Assembly (NCBI GenBank): GCA_038227045.1
Contig: JBBRQD010000004.1
Location: 10,677 to 74,676, forward strand
Source of the DNA: Planctomycetota bacterium
GTDB lineage: Bacteria > Planctomycetota > SZUA-567 > H5-PLA8
Direction: 5' to 3'
Length of the DNA: 64,000 bases
Numbering within the stretch: position 1 is the stretch's first letter; each line of letters starts with the position of its first letter. A program made the position numbers and the translations under genes. Shown here piece after piece: positions 53,730 through 61,904 of the stretch. The notes beneath the pieces are model-generated. The model did no database searches. It was given only the letters and a program-made list of their open reading frames with translations, and was not told the origin of the DNA.

Positions 53730-54344
53730 ATGAAAATTCGCTTCCGCTTTTCTCTTCGCACGCTGCTGCTGGCGACTTTATTCGCCGGCAGCGTGATGCT
53801 GTGTTGGAGTGTTCGCGAGCCTTGGGGGTTTAAGAAATGCGCTTCGAGATTCTCTGCCCTCGAAGGATCGCGAGACGTATCTTTCCTAAATTCGCTTTTA
53901 TCCCTTGGCCGAGATAAAGAACCGTTGCAGCAAGGCGGTGATCCAAGAATAGGTATAATAATCATAAGCGCGGACGCCGATTCCCCGAAATATATAGGTA
54001 GAATTGACGACCGCTATAGATTGAATTTTGAAAGCAAGAAAAACGCGATAGTCTGGTACGATGAGCGATTGCAATTTGATGTGTACATAATGACAGCTTC
54101 CGGGAATCAGATTAGTCTTCCAATCGCGATTTCAAACGATGGCCAGTATATCGCGTTTGCGCTTGACAAAGAGGTGCTCGGAATCTGGACCCGCCGCCAT
54201 CAGAATCTCGCATTGTGGGGCATTTACGAACAACCGGAAAGTTGGCTTGTCGTAGGGATGTTCGGTTTACTCCTCTGGAGTTGCGTTGAAGAAATCACAA
54301 AAGATGTATTGGAACTTGCTGTGAAGCGCCGTAAAAATCAGTGA
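53730..54344 (+). CDS. hypothetical membrane protein, planctomycete-type (FSLRTLLL N-terminus, C-terminal TM)
   Basis: MKIRFRFSLRTLLLATLFAGSVMLCW... and LGIWTRRHQNLALWGIYEQPESWLVVGMFGLLLWS. Same architecture as 41721-42542. Confidence 0.6.
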   Translation: MKIRFRFSLRTLLLATLFAGSVMLCWSVREPWGFKKCASRFSALEGSRDVSFLNSLLSLGRDKEPLQQGGDPRIGIIIISADADSPKYIGRIDDRYRLNFESKKNAIVWYDERLQFDVYIMTASGNQISLPIAISNDGQYIAFALDKEVLGIWTRRHQNLALWGIYEQPESWLVVGMFGLLLWSCVEEITKDVLELAVKRRKNQ

Positions 54345-54389
54345 TACCCTTTTTCATTTTTCATCGCTATTTTGGGAGACCCGCACACC

Positions 54390-55436
54390 ATGTCCGTGAT
54401 CAAGCTTGGCAAGGCTCAGTTTCGTTTTTCTGTCGGCCCCTGGAATCTGCATCCTGGCGCGGACCCGTTTGGGCCTCCTGTGCGCGAGGAGTTTTCGTGG
54501 CAGAAGAAACTGGAGATCTTTAAGAAGATCGGTTTCGATGCGATTCAATTTCACGATGACGATGTGTGTTCCGCGGAGTTGAATCCGGCGGAGACTTCGG
54601 CGCGCGTGAAGGCCATGCGCAAGGAGCTCAAGGACCAGGGATTGGCCGCGGAATTTGTTGCGCCGCGCATGTGGGAGCATCCCAATACCATTGACGGCGG
54701 TTGGACGGCCAACGATGCGAAGATGCGCAAGTATGCGACCGACCGGTCGAAGCGTTCGATCGATATCGCGCTTGAACTGGGCACCAAGAAAATCGTGTTG
54801 TGGCCGGCGCGCGAAGGGACTTATATCCGCGAGGCGAAAGATCCGTTTGAGAGCTACAAACGCTATCGCGATTATTTGAATGCGTTGTTGAATCACGACA
54901 AGTCGATTGTGATTCTCGGCGAGATGAAGCCCAACGAGCCGATGGATGCAATGTACATGCCCTCGCCCGGCCACTTCCTCGCGATGGGCGCGACGACCGT
55001 CGATCCCACGCGCGTCGGCATTTTGATTGAATCGGCGCATTCGATGCTTTTGGGCGTCGATCCGTCGGACGACATGGCGCTGTGCATGGCGCTCGGGAAA
55101 TTGTGGGGCGTGCATCTCAACGATCAGGACGGCTTGAAGTACGACCAGGACAAATCGTTTGGCGCGGTGAATCTGCGGCGCGCGTTCAACCAGGTCTGGG
55201 TTCTGGCGCGCGGCGGCTTCGGCGCGAAGGGCGAATACGTGGGGCTCGACGTGAAGGCCATGCGCACGCAGAAGCAGGAGGGGTCCATGCGCCATCTGTC
55301 GAATTCGCTGCAGATTTTCAAAGACCTGTGCGAAAAGGTTCAGCGCATCGACGAGAAGAAGGTTGCCGCGTTCCGCGACGCTCGCGATTACGAGGCGCTG
55401 GAACTTTACGTCGTTCAATTGTTGTTGGGGAAGTAA
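54390..55436 (+). CDS. xylose isomerase (class I XylA)-like TIM-barrel enzyme, non-canonical metal site
   Basis: FSVGPWNL..GADPFG, FHDDD, WTANDAKMRKYATDRSKRSIDIALELG, EMKPNEP, ESAHS and KYDQD align without gaps to actinobacterial XylA as I recall it. The HIDLN motif is replaced by VHLND. Confidence 0.8.
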   Translation: MSVIKLGKAQFRFSVGPWNLHPGADPFGPPVREEFSWQKKLEIFKKIGFDAIQFHDDDVCSAELNPAETSARVKAMRKELKDQGLAAEFVAPRMWEHPNTIDGGWTANDAKMRKYATDRSKRSIDIALELGTKKIVLWPAREGTYIREAKDPFESYKRYRDYLNALLNHDKSIVILGEMKPNEPMDAMYMPSPGHFLAMGATTVDPTRVGILIESAHSMLLGVDPSDDMALCMALGKLWGVHLNDQDGLKYDQDKSFGAVNLRRAFNQVWVLARGGFGAKGEYVGLDVKAMRTQKQEGSMRHLSNSLQIFKDLCEKVQRIDEKKVAAFRDARDYEALELYVVQLLLGK

Positions 55437-55441
55437 ACGGC

Positions 55442-55483
55442 GGTTTCAGGTTTCAGGTTCCAGGTTTCAAGTTTCAGGTTTTT
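55442..55483. repeat. Repeat family B: five tandem GGTTTCAG-like units
   Basis: ggtttcaggtttcaggttccaggtttcaagtttcaggttttt between convergent stops (55436 + and 55474 -). Overlaps the last codons of dtd. Confidence 0.8.
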
Positions 55484-55953
55484 GGCTGGGGGTCGACGTT
55501 GGCCCCTGGTTTTTTTGAGTCGATCATTAGAGTAACCGGGCCTTCGTTGATTAATTCAACTCGCATTTTTGCTGCGAAGCGGCCTTCGGCGATTTTGATG
55601 GCTGTCGATAATCGCAGTTGCTTGATCCATTCTTCGAAAAAAGGCCTGGCTTGAATGCCGGGCATGGCGGCTCCGAAGTCCGGGCGCGTGCCTTTGTTTA
55701 ATTCGCCATAGAGCGTGAATTGCGAGACGGCCAGCAGTTCGCCTTGAATGTCCTGAATCGACCGCCCCATTTTTCCCGCATCGTCCTCGAATATCCGCAG
55801 GCTCAATAGCTTCTTGATCAGCCAGTCGCCGTCGTCGCGCGTGTCGTCGCGGTGAATGCCGACGAATGCCAGAAGGCCCAATCCGATTGAGCCGGTTACT
55901 TCGCCGTCGACCGTGACCTGTGCCGATGACACGCGTTGAATCAGTGCGCGCAT
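55474..55953 (-). CDS. dtd: D-aminoacyl-tRNA deacylase
   Basis: MRALIQRVSSAQVTVDGEVTGSIGLGLLAFVGI, SQFTLYG and NEGPVTLMIDS. Confidence 0.92.
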   Translation of the reverse strand: MRALIQRVSSAQVTVDGEVTGSIGLGLLAFVGIHRDDTRDDGDWLIKKLLSLRIFEDDAGKMGRSIQDIQGELLAVSQFTLYGELNKGTRPDFGAAMPGIQARPFFEEWIKQLRLSTAIKIAEGRFAAKMRVELINEGPVTLMIDSKKPGANVDPQPKT

Positions 55954-56067
55954 AAAATTATTCCAAAATCCGCAGTGAAGGTTTCATCTTGAACGTCGAA
56001 TGTTCAAGGTTATCGCGGTGACGAATCGGTGCGCTGCAATTTTTGGAAAATTGGTTATGATGGCATC

Positions 56068-57219
56068 ATGAGTACTGAAATTCGCTGGATTGCTCTTTTG
56101 GCTATTCTGGGCTTCTTTGCCTCGTTCATGTTATGGGGCCGTCCGCGCCCTGAAGTCACTTCGCCCACAACTCCGGCGCAGACTCTTTCGACGCCATCGA
56201 CTGCCGCGCAAACTTCTCCTTTGGTATCGAGCAACGTGCAGACAGTTGATGTCAGTCTTATTCATGGCCCGACGCGCTTGAAGTTCGTTCCCGATTCGGT
56301 GGATCTGGGCAGCGTGCCGGTGAGCGAAAGCCGGAAGACGGACGTGCGCGTCGAAAATCCCACGGACAAGGCGATCACGATTCGCGAACTGCGGGGCTCG
56401 TGCGGGTGCCTGCAGATGACAGCCGAATCGACGGAAATTGCTCCGGGGGGCTCGACCACGCTGCACCTCCATTTCACGAGCATTGCCGGGAACAAGAAGA
56501 ACCTTGTTTATGCGACGTTCAAAACCGACGAAAAGGGCAATCCGATGGTGAGTGTCGATGTTCACGCGACAGTAAAGGAAGAGATCGTTGTCGAGCCGAA
56601 TCCGGTGAAATTCGATTTGCTAAAAAAGAATACAGCTCGAACGCAGGAAATTCAGGTGCGCAGCACGGATGGAAAAGCCTTCGAGATCAAGTCGATTACG
56701 GGATCCCACCCCGAATTCAGCTATAAATGGGAGCCGCTCAGCGGCAAGAACAGCAGCATTTACGTGGTCTACGTCACACTGAACAGCGACAAAGGCGGGA
56801 CGGTTTCGGACGGCGCCGCGATCATTACGGATCGGGCGGTTGGTGGAACCGTGACGCTCAATGTTTCCGGAACGATTGAGTTCGATCTCGCGTGCGAACC
56901 GGCCGTTGTCTCGACAACCATGGACGACGCGAAAATGGTGGCGGCATTCAGCGTCGTGGCCAAACGCAAGACGCCTGGACGTCTTGAAATCCTGGGAGTC
57001 ACCGAAGGGTCGCGCTCCCCGATGCCGCTCGAATTTGTCGTCGACCGGCTTGGTGAAGATTCGGTTCGTTTGTCGGTCAAGTTCAAGACGGCTTTTACAG
57101 GCCGACCGCCGTTCGGCCGCTTGCAGATCAAAACGAATGTCGAGGAGGCGGATTTTATCGTGCCCTATAACATCCGGGGCGGAGCGAAACTGCCGGGCCC
57201 GATGCTTAAAAAGAATTAA
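56068..57219 (+). CDS. membrane-anchored DUF1573-domain protein with additional Ig-like modules
   Basis: Signal anchor MSTEIRWIALLAILGFFASFML. LKFVPDSVDLGSVPVSESRKTDVRVENPTDKAITIRELRGSCGCLQM is the DUF1573 signature ending in SCGC. Confidence 0.8.
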   Translation: MSTEIRWIALLAILGFFASFMLWGRPRPEVTSPTTPAQTLSTPSTAAQTSPLVSSNVQTVDVSLIHGPTRLKFVPDSVDLGSVPVSESRKTDVRVENPTDKAITIRELRGSCGCLQMTAESTEIAPGGSTTLHLHFTSIAGNKKNLVYATFKTDEKGNPMVSVDVHATVKEEIVVEPNPVKFDLLKKNTARTQEIQVRSTDGKAFEIKSITGSHPEFSYKWEPLSGKNSSIYVVYVTLNSDKGGTVSDGAAIITDRAVGGTVTLNVSGTIEFDLACEPAVVSTTMDDAKMVAAFSVVAKRKTPGRLEILGVTEGSRSPMPLEFVVDRLGEDSVRLSVKFKTAFTGRPPFGRLQIKTNVEEADFIVPYNIRGGAKLPGPMLKKN

Positions 57220-57743
57220 TGCGAAAAAAGAGCAAACCCAGTTCCTTCCGCGCCGAACTACTTCAGGTGGCGCTCATCGTCGGTTTGTCCGCCGCGCTGG
57301 GCCTTGCCGTCAACGCTTTTTCGGCGAACCCGCTGCACATTCTTTTGGACAATATCCCCGTCGAGGCGCCTGGGCCGCGGGCGGAAATACCAAACGCCGT
57401 GCCGCACCGCATATCGATTGCCGAATTAATGCAGGCACGCAAAGTCACTCCTGAATTGGTGCGCGTCTTGGACGTGCGCAGCCAGGCGCAGTACGACGCC
57501 GGGCACGTACCGGATGCGATCCATGCGACGCTCGAAGCGATTTTGAAATCCCGCGTGGAGATCGACAGTTCGCTTGCCGGCGCAACGCTGATCGTAGCGA
57601 TGTGCGACGGCGACGACTGTCCCAAAGCGGAAAGCGCGGCGGACGCTCTGACGAAACTCGGTTACAAAAATGTGCGCGTACTGACGGGCGGCTGGGACGG
57701 CTACAGTCACTCCGGCAATCCCATCGAGGGGACGCGCCACTGA
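57219..57743 (+). CDS. membrane-anchored rhodanese-like domain protein
   Basis: VLDVRSQAQYDAGHVPDAIHA and LIVAMCDGDDCPKAESAADALTKLGYKNVRVLTGGWDGY. The ATG overlaps the upstream stop (TAATG). Confidence 0.8.
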   Translation: MRKKSKPSSFRAELLQVALIVGLSAALGLAVNAFSANPLHILLDNIPVEAPGPRAEIPNAVPHRISIAELMQARKVTPELVRVLDVRSQAQYDAGHVPDAIHATLEAILKSRVEIDSSLAGATLIVAMCDGDDCPKAESAADALTKLGYKNVRVLTGGWDGYSHSGNPIEGTRH

Positions 57744-58195
57744 TGGCCAAAAAGAAAAACGGCCGTTTTGGATTTTACGTTGTCATTGCCGCGCGCCTGT
57801 TGCTGGGCGGATTGCTGGTCTACGCCGGTTATAACAAACTGCTGGACGTGCCGAAATTCGCCGAGGACATTGCCCATTTCCGGCTGCTGCCTTCGCCACT
57901 CAATCGGGCGCTGGCGATTGTCCTGCCGTGGAATGAATTCGTCGTCGGATGCCTGTTGATACTGGGCATCTGGAGCCGCGCCGCGGCACTCGCATCGCTG
58001 CTCTTTTTCACGGTCTTCGCCATTGCGGTGACGTCGGCGATTGCGCGCAATCTGAACATCGAGTGCGGCTGCCTGGGTAACGCGGACGCGTCGAAAGTTG
58101 GATTGGCGACGCTGGGGAAGGACGCGGTCGGACTGGCTCTGGCCGGGTTTGTGTACTTCGCGTCCGTTCCGGCGAAAGCTTCAAAAGCGAAGTGA
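57743..58195 (+). CDS. MauE/DoxX-family membrane protein
   Basis: Four TM helices. LLLGGLLVYAGYNKLLD...F and the CGC motif (NIECGCLG) typical of MauE-like proteins. The ATG overlaps the rhodanese stop (TGATG). Confidence 0.75.
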   Translation: MAKKKNGRFGFYVVIAARLLLGGLLVYAGYNKLLDVPKFAEDIAHFRLLPSPLNRALAIVLPWNEFVVGCLLILGIWSRAAALASLLFFTVFAIAVTSAIARNLNIECGCLGNADASKVGLATLGKDAVGLALAGFVYFASVPAKASKAK

Positions 58196-58261
58196 ATGAT
58201 TCGGGGAGCGCGAAACCCTCAACGAAATATCACCACAGAGACACTGAGAACACAGCGCAGG

Positions 58262-58293
58262 AAATAAAGCAGCGCGTTTACTCAACGCGCTGC
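58262..58293 (-). terminator. rho-independent terminator of mdh
   Basis: Minus strand: gcagcgcgtt-gagta-aacgcgctgc followed by tttatttc. Confidence 0.7.
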
Positions 58294-58324
58294 CACCCGA
58301 TCTCTGATTTTCCACTTCCCGTTT

Positions 58325-59314
58325 CTACTTGATCAACTCCGCGACGTCGTTCCGCTCGGCGAGCAGTTCGTCGGTCGTGATCTTGACTTTTGATTTCGCG
58401 AATTCGTCCAGCTCGAAACCGCCAATCACTTCGCACGACGTTCCGGTGCTCTTGATCGGGAAACCGAATTGGAGTCCTTCGGGGATGCCGTACTCGCCTT
58501 TGCTGGCCACGGCGAGCGCCGCGTTATCGCCGGATGCGGTGGCCGTGTGGATGCTGACGACCGAATCGATCACCGCGTTCGCGGCCGATGCCGCCGATGA
58601 GGAACCGCGCGCTTTGATGACCGCCGCGCCGCGCTTCTGTACGGTCGAAACGAAATCGCCCTGCAACCAAGCGTGATCGGTAATGGCTTCGTAGCCCGGC
58701 TTGCCCGCGATGCGCGCGTTCTTCGCGTCGGGAAATTGCGTCGAGGAATGGTTGCCCCAGATGGCCACGTTCTTGACGTCGTTGACGGTCACGCCGGCCT
58801 TTTTGGCGAGTTGCGTCACGGCGCGATTGCGGTCGAGGCGCGTCATGGCAAACCAGCGGTCGGCGGGCACGTCGCGTCCGTTGCTGCGCGCGATCAGGCA
58901 GTTGGTGTTGCACGGATTGCCGACGACCAGCACGCGAATATCTTTGGCGGCGTGCGCAGCGATGGCCTTTCCCTGCGGGCGGAAGATACCGCCATTCTTT
59001 TCCAGCAGATCGCGGCGTTCCATGCCGTCTTTGCGCGGCATCGCGCCGACGAGCAGCGCCCAGGACGTGCCGTCGAAGGCCGTTTTCAGGTCGCTCGTCG
59101 GAACCAATCCGGCGAGCAGCGGAAACGCGCAGTCGTCCAATTCCATGCAGACGCCATTCAGCGCGCCCAGCGCGGGCTCGACTTCCAGCAGCCGCAGCAC
59201 AACCGGCTGATCGGGTCCGAGCAAATGGCCGGATGCGATGCGAAACAAGAGCGAATAACCGATCTGGCCGGCTGCGCCAGTGACGGTGACGTGAACGGGT
59301 TGTTTGTGGCTCAT
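58325..59314 (-). CDS. mdh: malate dehydrogenase (LDH-like type 2, 329 aa)
   Basis: [64 protein letters not shown] and IWGNHS. Start at the internal ATG 59314. Confidence 0.93.
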   Translation of the reverse strand: MSHKQPVHVTVTGAAGQIGYSLLFRIASGHLLGPDQPVVLRLLEVEPALGALNGVCMELDDCAFPLLAGLVPTSDLKTAFDGTSWALLVGAMPRKDGMERRDLLEKNGGIFRPQGKAIAAHAAKDIRVLVVGNPCNTNCLIARSNGRDVPADRWFAMTRLDRNRAVTQLAKKAGVTVNDVKNVAIWGNHSSTQFPDAKNARIAGKPGYEAITDHAWLQGDFVSTVQKRGAAVIKARGSSSAASAANAVIDSVVSIHTATASGDNAALAVASKGEYGIPEGLQFGFPIKSTGTSCEVIGGFELDEFAKSKVKITTDELLAERNDVAELIK

Positions 59315-59476
59315 AGCGGTACGCCTCCTCGAAGAAAGAATGTGTTGTCGAACGGCAGCAGGATAACAGATTTTAGAAAGGGAGGCAATGGACGGCGTTT
59401 CAAGGCGCAATTCTCAATTCCAAAATGCCCGTTTACAGTGTATGGTTTTCTCTTTCACTCTCCGAGAAACTTCGAC

Positions 59477-60160
59477 ATGGCGCAAACCGTGACTCCGTAT
59501 TATCACATCCTTCTGGATGTCCTTAACATGCCGGTCCTCATCGTCGGTGGCGGACCCGTCGCCGTTCGCAAAGCCGAAGGGCTTCTGGAATGCGGCGCGT
59601 GCGTGACGGTCGTGTCCCCGCAATTCGATCCGGCGCTGACGAAACTGTGCGCGCAACTCCGTTCCCGGAAAAGGGGAAAACGAAGCATGGCTCCGACGTT
59701 GCAGCTCAAGAAGCGGAAGTATCGGGCGTCCGATGTAAAAGGCCCATGGCTCGTGTATGCCGCGACGGATAATTCCGAATTGAACAAGCGCATCTGCGAT
59801 GCCGCACATGCGTCATGCACCTTGGCCAATTGTGCGGAACCGGGGGATGCCGGGATTTTTGGCGTGCCCGCCACGGTTCGGCGCGGTGTGTTTTCGATTG
59901 CAATCTCAACGGGCGGTGCCTCAGCGGCCCTTTCCGCATATTGGCGCAAACGGCTTGAGAAACTGATCGGCGACGAATGGGGCGAACTCGCGGCGCTGCT
60001 TTTGAAAAAGCGCGAGGAGATCAAAGCGCGCGTCATCGACCCTGCCGCGCGCCGAAAGCTCTTGACCCTGCTGGGCCAGGGGCATTGGGCCGCGAAACTC
60101 AAGAAATTCGGCGTCGCCGAAGTGAAACGGCGCATGGACGTGTTAATTGAAAATGCGTGA
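59477..60160 (+). CDS. precorrin-2 dehydrogenase / sirohydrochlorin ferrochelatase (CysG N-terminal / SirC-Met8-like)
   Basis: MPVLIVGGGPVAVRKAEGLLECGACVTVVSP, a Rossmann motif typical of siroheme synthase N-domains. Start at ATG 59477. The upstream part of the 495-aa track ORF is an antisense shadow of mdh. Confidence 0.8.
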   Translation: MAQTVTPYYHILLDVLNMPVLIVGGGPVAVRKAEGLLECGACVTVVSPQFDPALTKLCAQLRSRKRGKRSMAPTLQLKKRKYRASDVKGPWLVYAATDNSELNKRICDAAHASCTLANCAEPGDAGIFGVPATVRRGVFSIAISTGGASAALSAYWRKRLEKLIGDEWGELAALLLKKREEIKARVIDPAARRKLLTLLGQGHWAAKLKKFGVAEVKRRMDVLIENA

Positions 60161-60192
60161 CAAGGTGGCCTCGCCATCCACTCGACCGCTCA

Positions 60193-60969
60193 TCATCTTG
60201 CGGGGCAACACATCATCGGCGCAATTCGCAAGGCAAACCTGGCTGTCGCGCTGTCGCCGGCCGGAAGGGTCAGCGTGCCGTGGCCTTCTTCGAGCGCGTT
60301 GGGCAGGCCGGTGAAGGGCGAAAGACACAGCCTCTCGGCGCTTTCTTCAAGCCAGCAGTAGGGGAACATTTTTTCGTCCCAGCATACTTCCACCCCAAAC
60401 TTGCGCGACCGGCTGATGACGCGGCACAGCCCTTGCCCGAAGTCGGTCAGGAGGAACGTCTTTGCTTCTTCTGGCCGTGCGCAGCGGGTGGTGGAGAGGT
60501 CCGTGCCGTCGGCGAGTTTCGGCCAGCGCATGCGCAGGATCGGTTCTTCGCGTGGATCAAAGTACGATACCGCGGGCGCCTGAATTTCATTGTGTCCGTC
60601 GAGAAAGGGCGGACCTATCGGGACGCGCAATCCCCATAGGATCTCGCGTTCCTGCGCCCCAAGATTCTCGATGGTTTCCGCTATTTCAAACTCGATCTCG
60701 CCCTTTTTTAGCGTCAGCGTTTTTGAGAGCTTGAGGGACGCGTCTTGGGAGCGTGCGGACAACGTCGCCGAAGTAGCCGATTCATTTTGGCTCGTGGAAA
60801 TCGTCTCGAACCGCATCCCCTGAAAGAGCGCGTGCACGCTCGCTTCGGGAATGCTTGCGCCTGATGATGCAATGAAATTGAGGCCGGCAGATTTGTAGTA
60901 AAATCCGCTTAACGCCGCGCCTTTGTTGGGATCGAGTGTGACGCGAATCTGATCGTTTTCGAGAAGCAA
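60193..60969 (-). CDS. aldose 1-epimerase (galactose mutarotase)-fold protein, tentative
   Basis: LENDQIRVTLDPNKGAALSGF at the N-terminus, ...IENLGAQEREILWG..., and the C-terminal LSPFTGLPNAL...LTLPAGDSATARFALRI follows the mutarotase-like pattern. TTG start. Confidence 0.55.
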   Translation of the reverse strand: MLLENDQIRVTLDPNKGAALSGFYYKSAGLNFIASSGASIPEASVHALFQGMRFETISTSQNESATSATLSARSQDASLKLSKTLTLKKGEIEFEIAETIENLGAQEREILWGLRVPIGPPFLDGHNEIQAPAVSYFDPREEPILRMRWPKLADGTDLSTTRCARPEEAKTFLLTDFGQGLCRVISRSRKFGVEVCWDEKMFPYCWLEESAERLCLSPFTGLPNALEEGHGTLTLPAGDSATARFALRIAPMMCCPAR

Positions 60970-61041
60970 AGGTTTCCGTCCTGAAGAAATGGATATTCGA
61001 TCGCAAAGGAGAGAATGTGAGTGGAACAGAATATTTTCGTT

Positions 61042-61078
61042 CCCCTTGTCACCCGCTCACCTTGCCCCCTTGTCATCC
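61042..61078. repeat. Repeat family A, degenerate copy in opposite orientation
   Basis: ccccttgtcacccgctcaccttgcccccttgtcatcc. Overlaps the 3' end of the TlpA-like gene. Confidence 0.65.
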
Positions 61079-61635
61079 TGCCTCTGCGGCGTTGCAACCG
61101 TCTCGGACTTCTCGATCTTCTCGGGCGTGACGGCGAGTTCCACGGCGACATGGCGTTTCAATTCGGCAAAGTCGCGTTCGTTGATGCCCGAGGAGGCGTA
61201 TTTCACTTTGCCATCTTTCCCAATGAGGTAGCAGCGGGGAATATAATCGGTGGCGTAGCGGGTGTACAGTTCGCGCCGCGGATCGGCCAGAATCGTGAAG
61301 CTGAATCCTCGGTTCGCTTTGAACCGGGCCAATTCCTGATAGGAATGGCCTCGACCCACTTCGATCACGACCAGACCGGCGTCCTTGTTGACCTGATGCA
61401 CTTCGCGTTCAAGACGCGGCATTTCGGCGACACATCCGCCGCACCACGTCGCGAAAAAACCGAGCAGGATGACTTTGCCTTTGTACGATTCCAAACTCAC
61501 GGTGCTGCCGTCGGTCGCGATACCGCTGATCATGGGCGCGGTGTCGCCCACGCGCGTCACGTCGCCTTCGCCCTCATAGGCCATAGCCGCCGAAAGAGTG
61601 GCGAGCCAAACCAACGGAATAAGTCTTTGATACAT
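61057..61635 (-). CDS. TlpA/ResA-like periplasmic thiol:disulfide oxidoreductase (thioredoxin fold)
   Basis: Signal peptide MYQRLIPLVWLATLSAAMA. GKVILLGFFATWCGGCVAEMP (WCxxC active site). Confidence 0.85.
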   Translation of the reverse strand: MYQRLIPLVWLATLSAAMAYEGEGDVTRVGDTAPMISGIATDGSTVSLESYKGKVILLGFFATWCGGCVAEMPRLEREVHQVNKDAGLVVIEVGRGHSYQELARFKANRGFSFTILADPRRELYTRYATDYIPRCYLIGKDGKVKYASSGINERDFAELKRHVAVELAVTPEKIEKSETVATPQRQDDKGAR

Positions 61636-61904
61636 ACCGAAGTCCCCGCTTACAGGTAAATAGCAGTGCATGTCTTCGAAACTAGTGCCTTCTATAGTAT
61701 AGTGCGTAAATAAAGGTCAAGAAACTCGGAAAAACGGCGAGTGCGTTTTCACTTCGTATAAGGAAATGCAGCCTGAAAATTCGCAACAAAATACAACGTG
61801 CATTTTTTTGTGACGAAGCCCAAGCCATTAAGATTAGGTTAACTCCAGGCACTACGATGAGCAAGAAGAATCTGGATCAAAAGATAACACCCCGCGCATT
61901 GACT

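Noticed and set aside
55442-55483. Tandem short repeats (families A and B) considered as possible CRISPR arrays.
   Set aside because: The units are 7-13 nt with no unique spacers, the arrays are under 110 bp, and there are no cas genes.
58673-59476. Upstream 268 codons of the 495-aa + ORF that ends at 60160.
   Set aside because: This part is antisense to mdh and has shadow-ORF composition. The recognisable siroheme-synthase N-domain begins at ATG 59477, in the mdh-divergent spacer.
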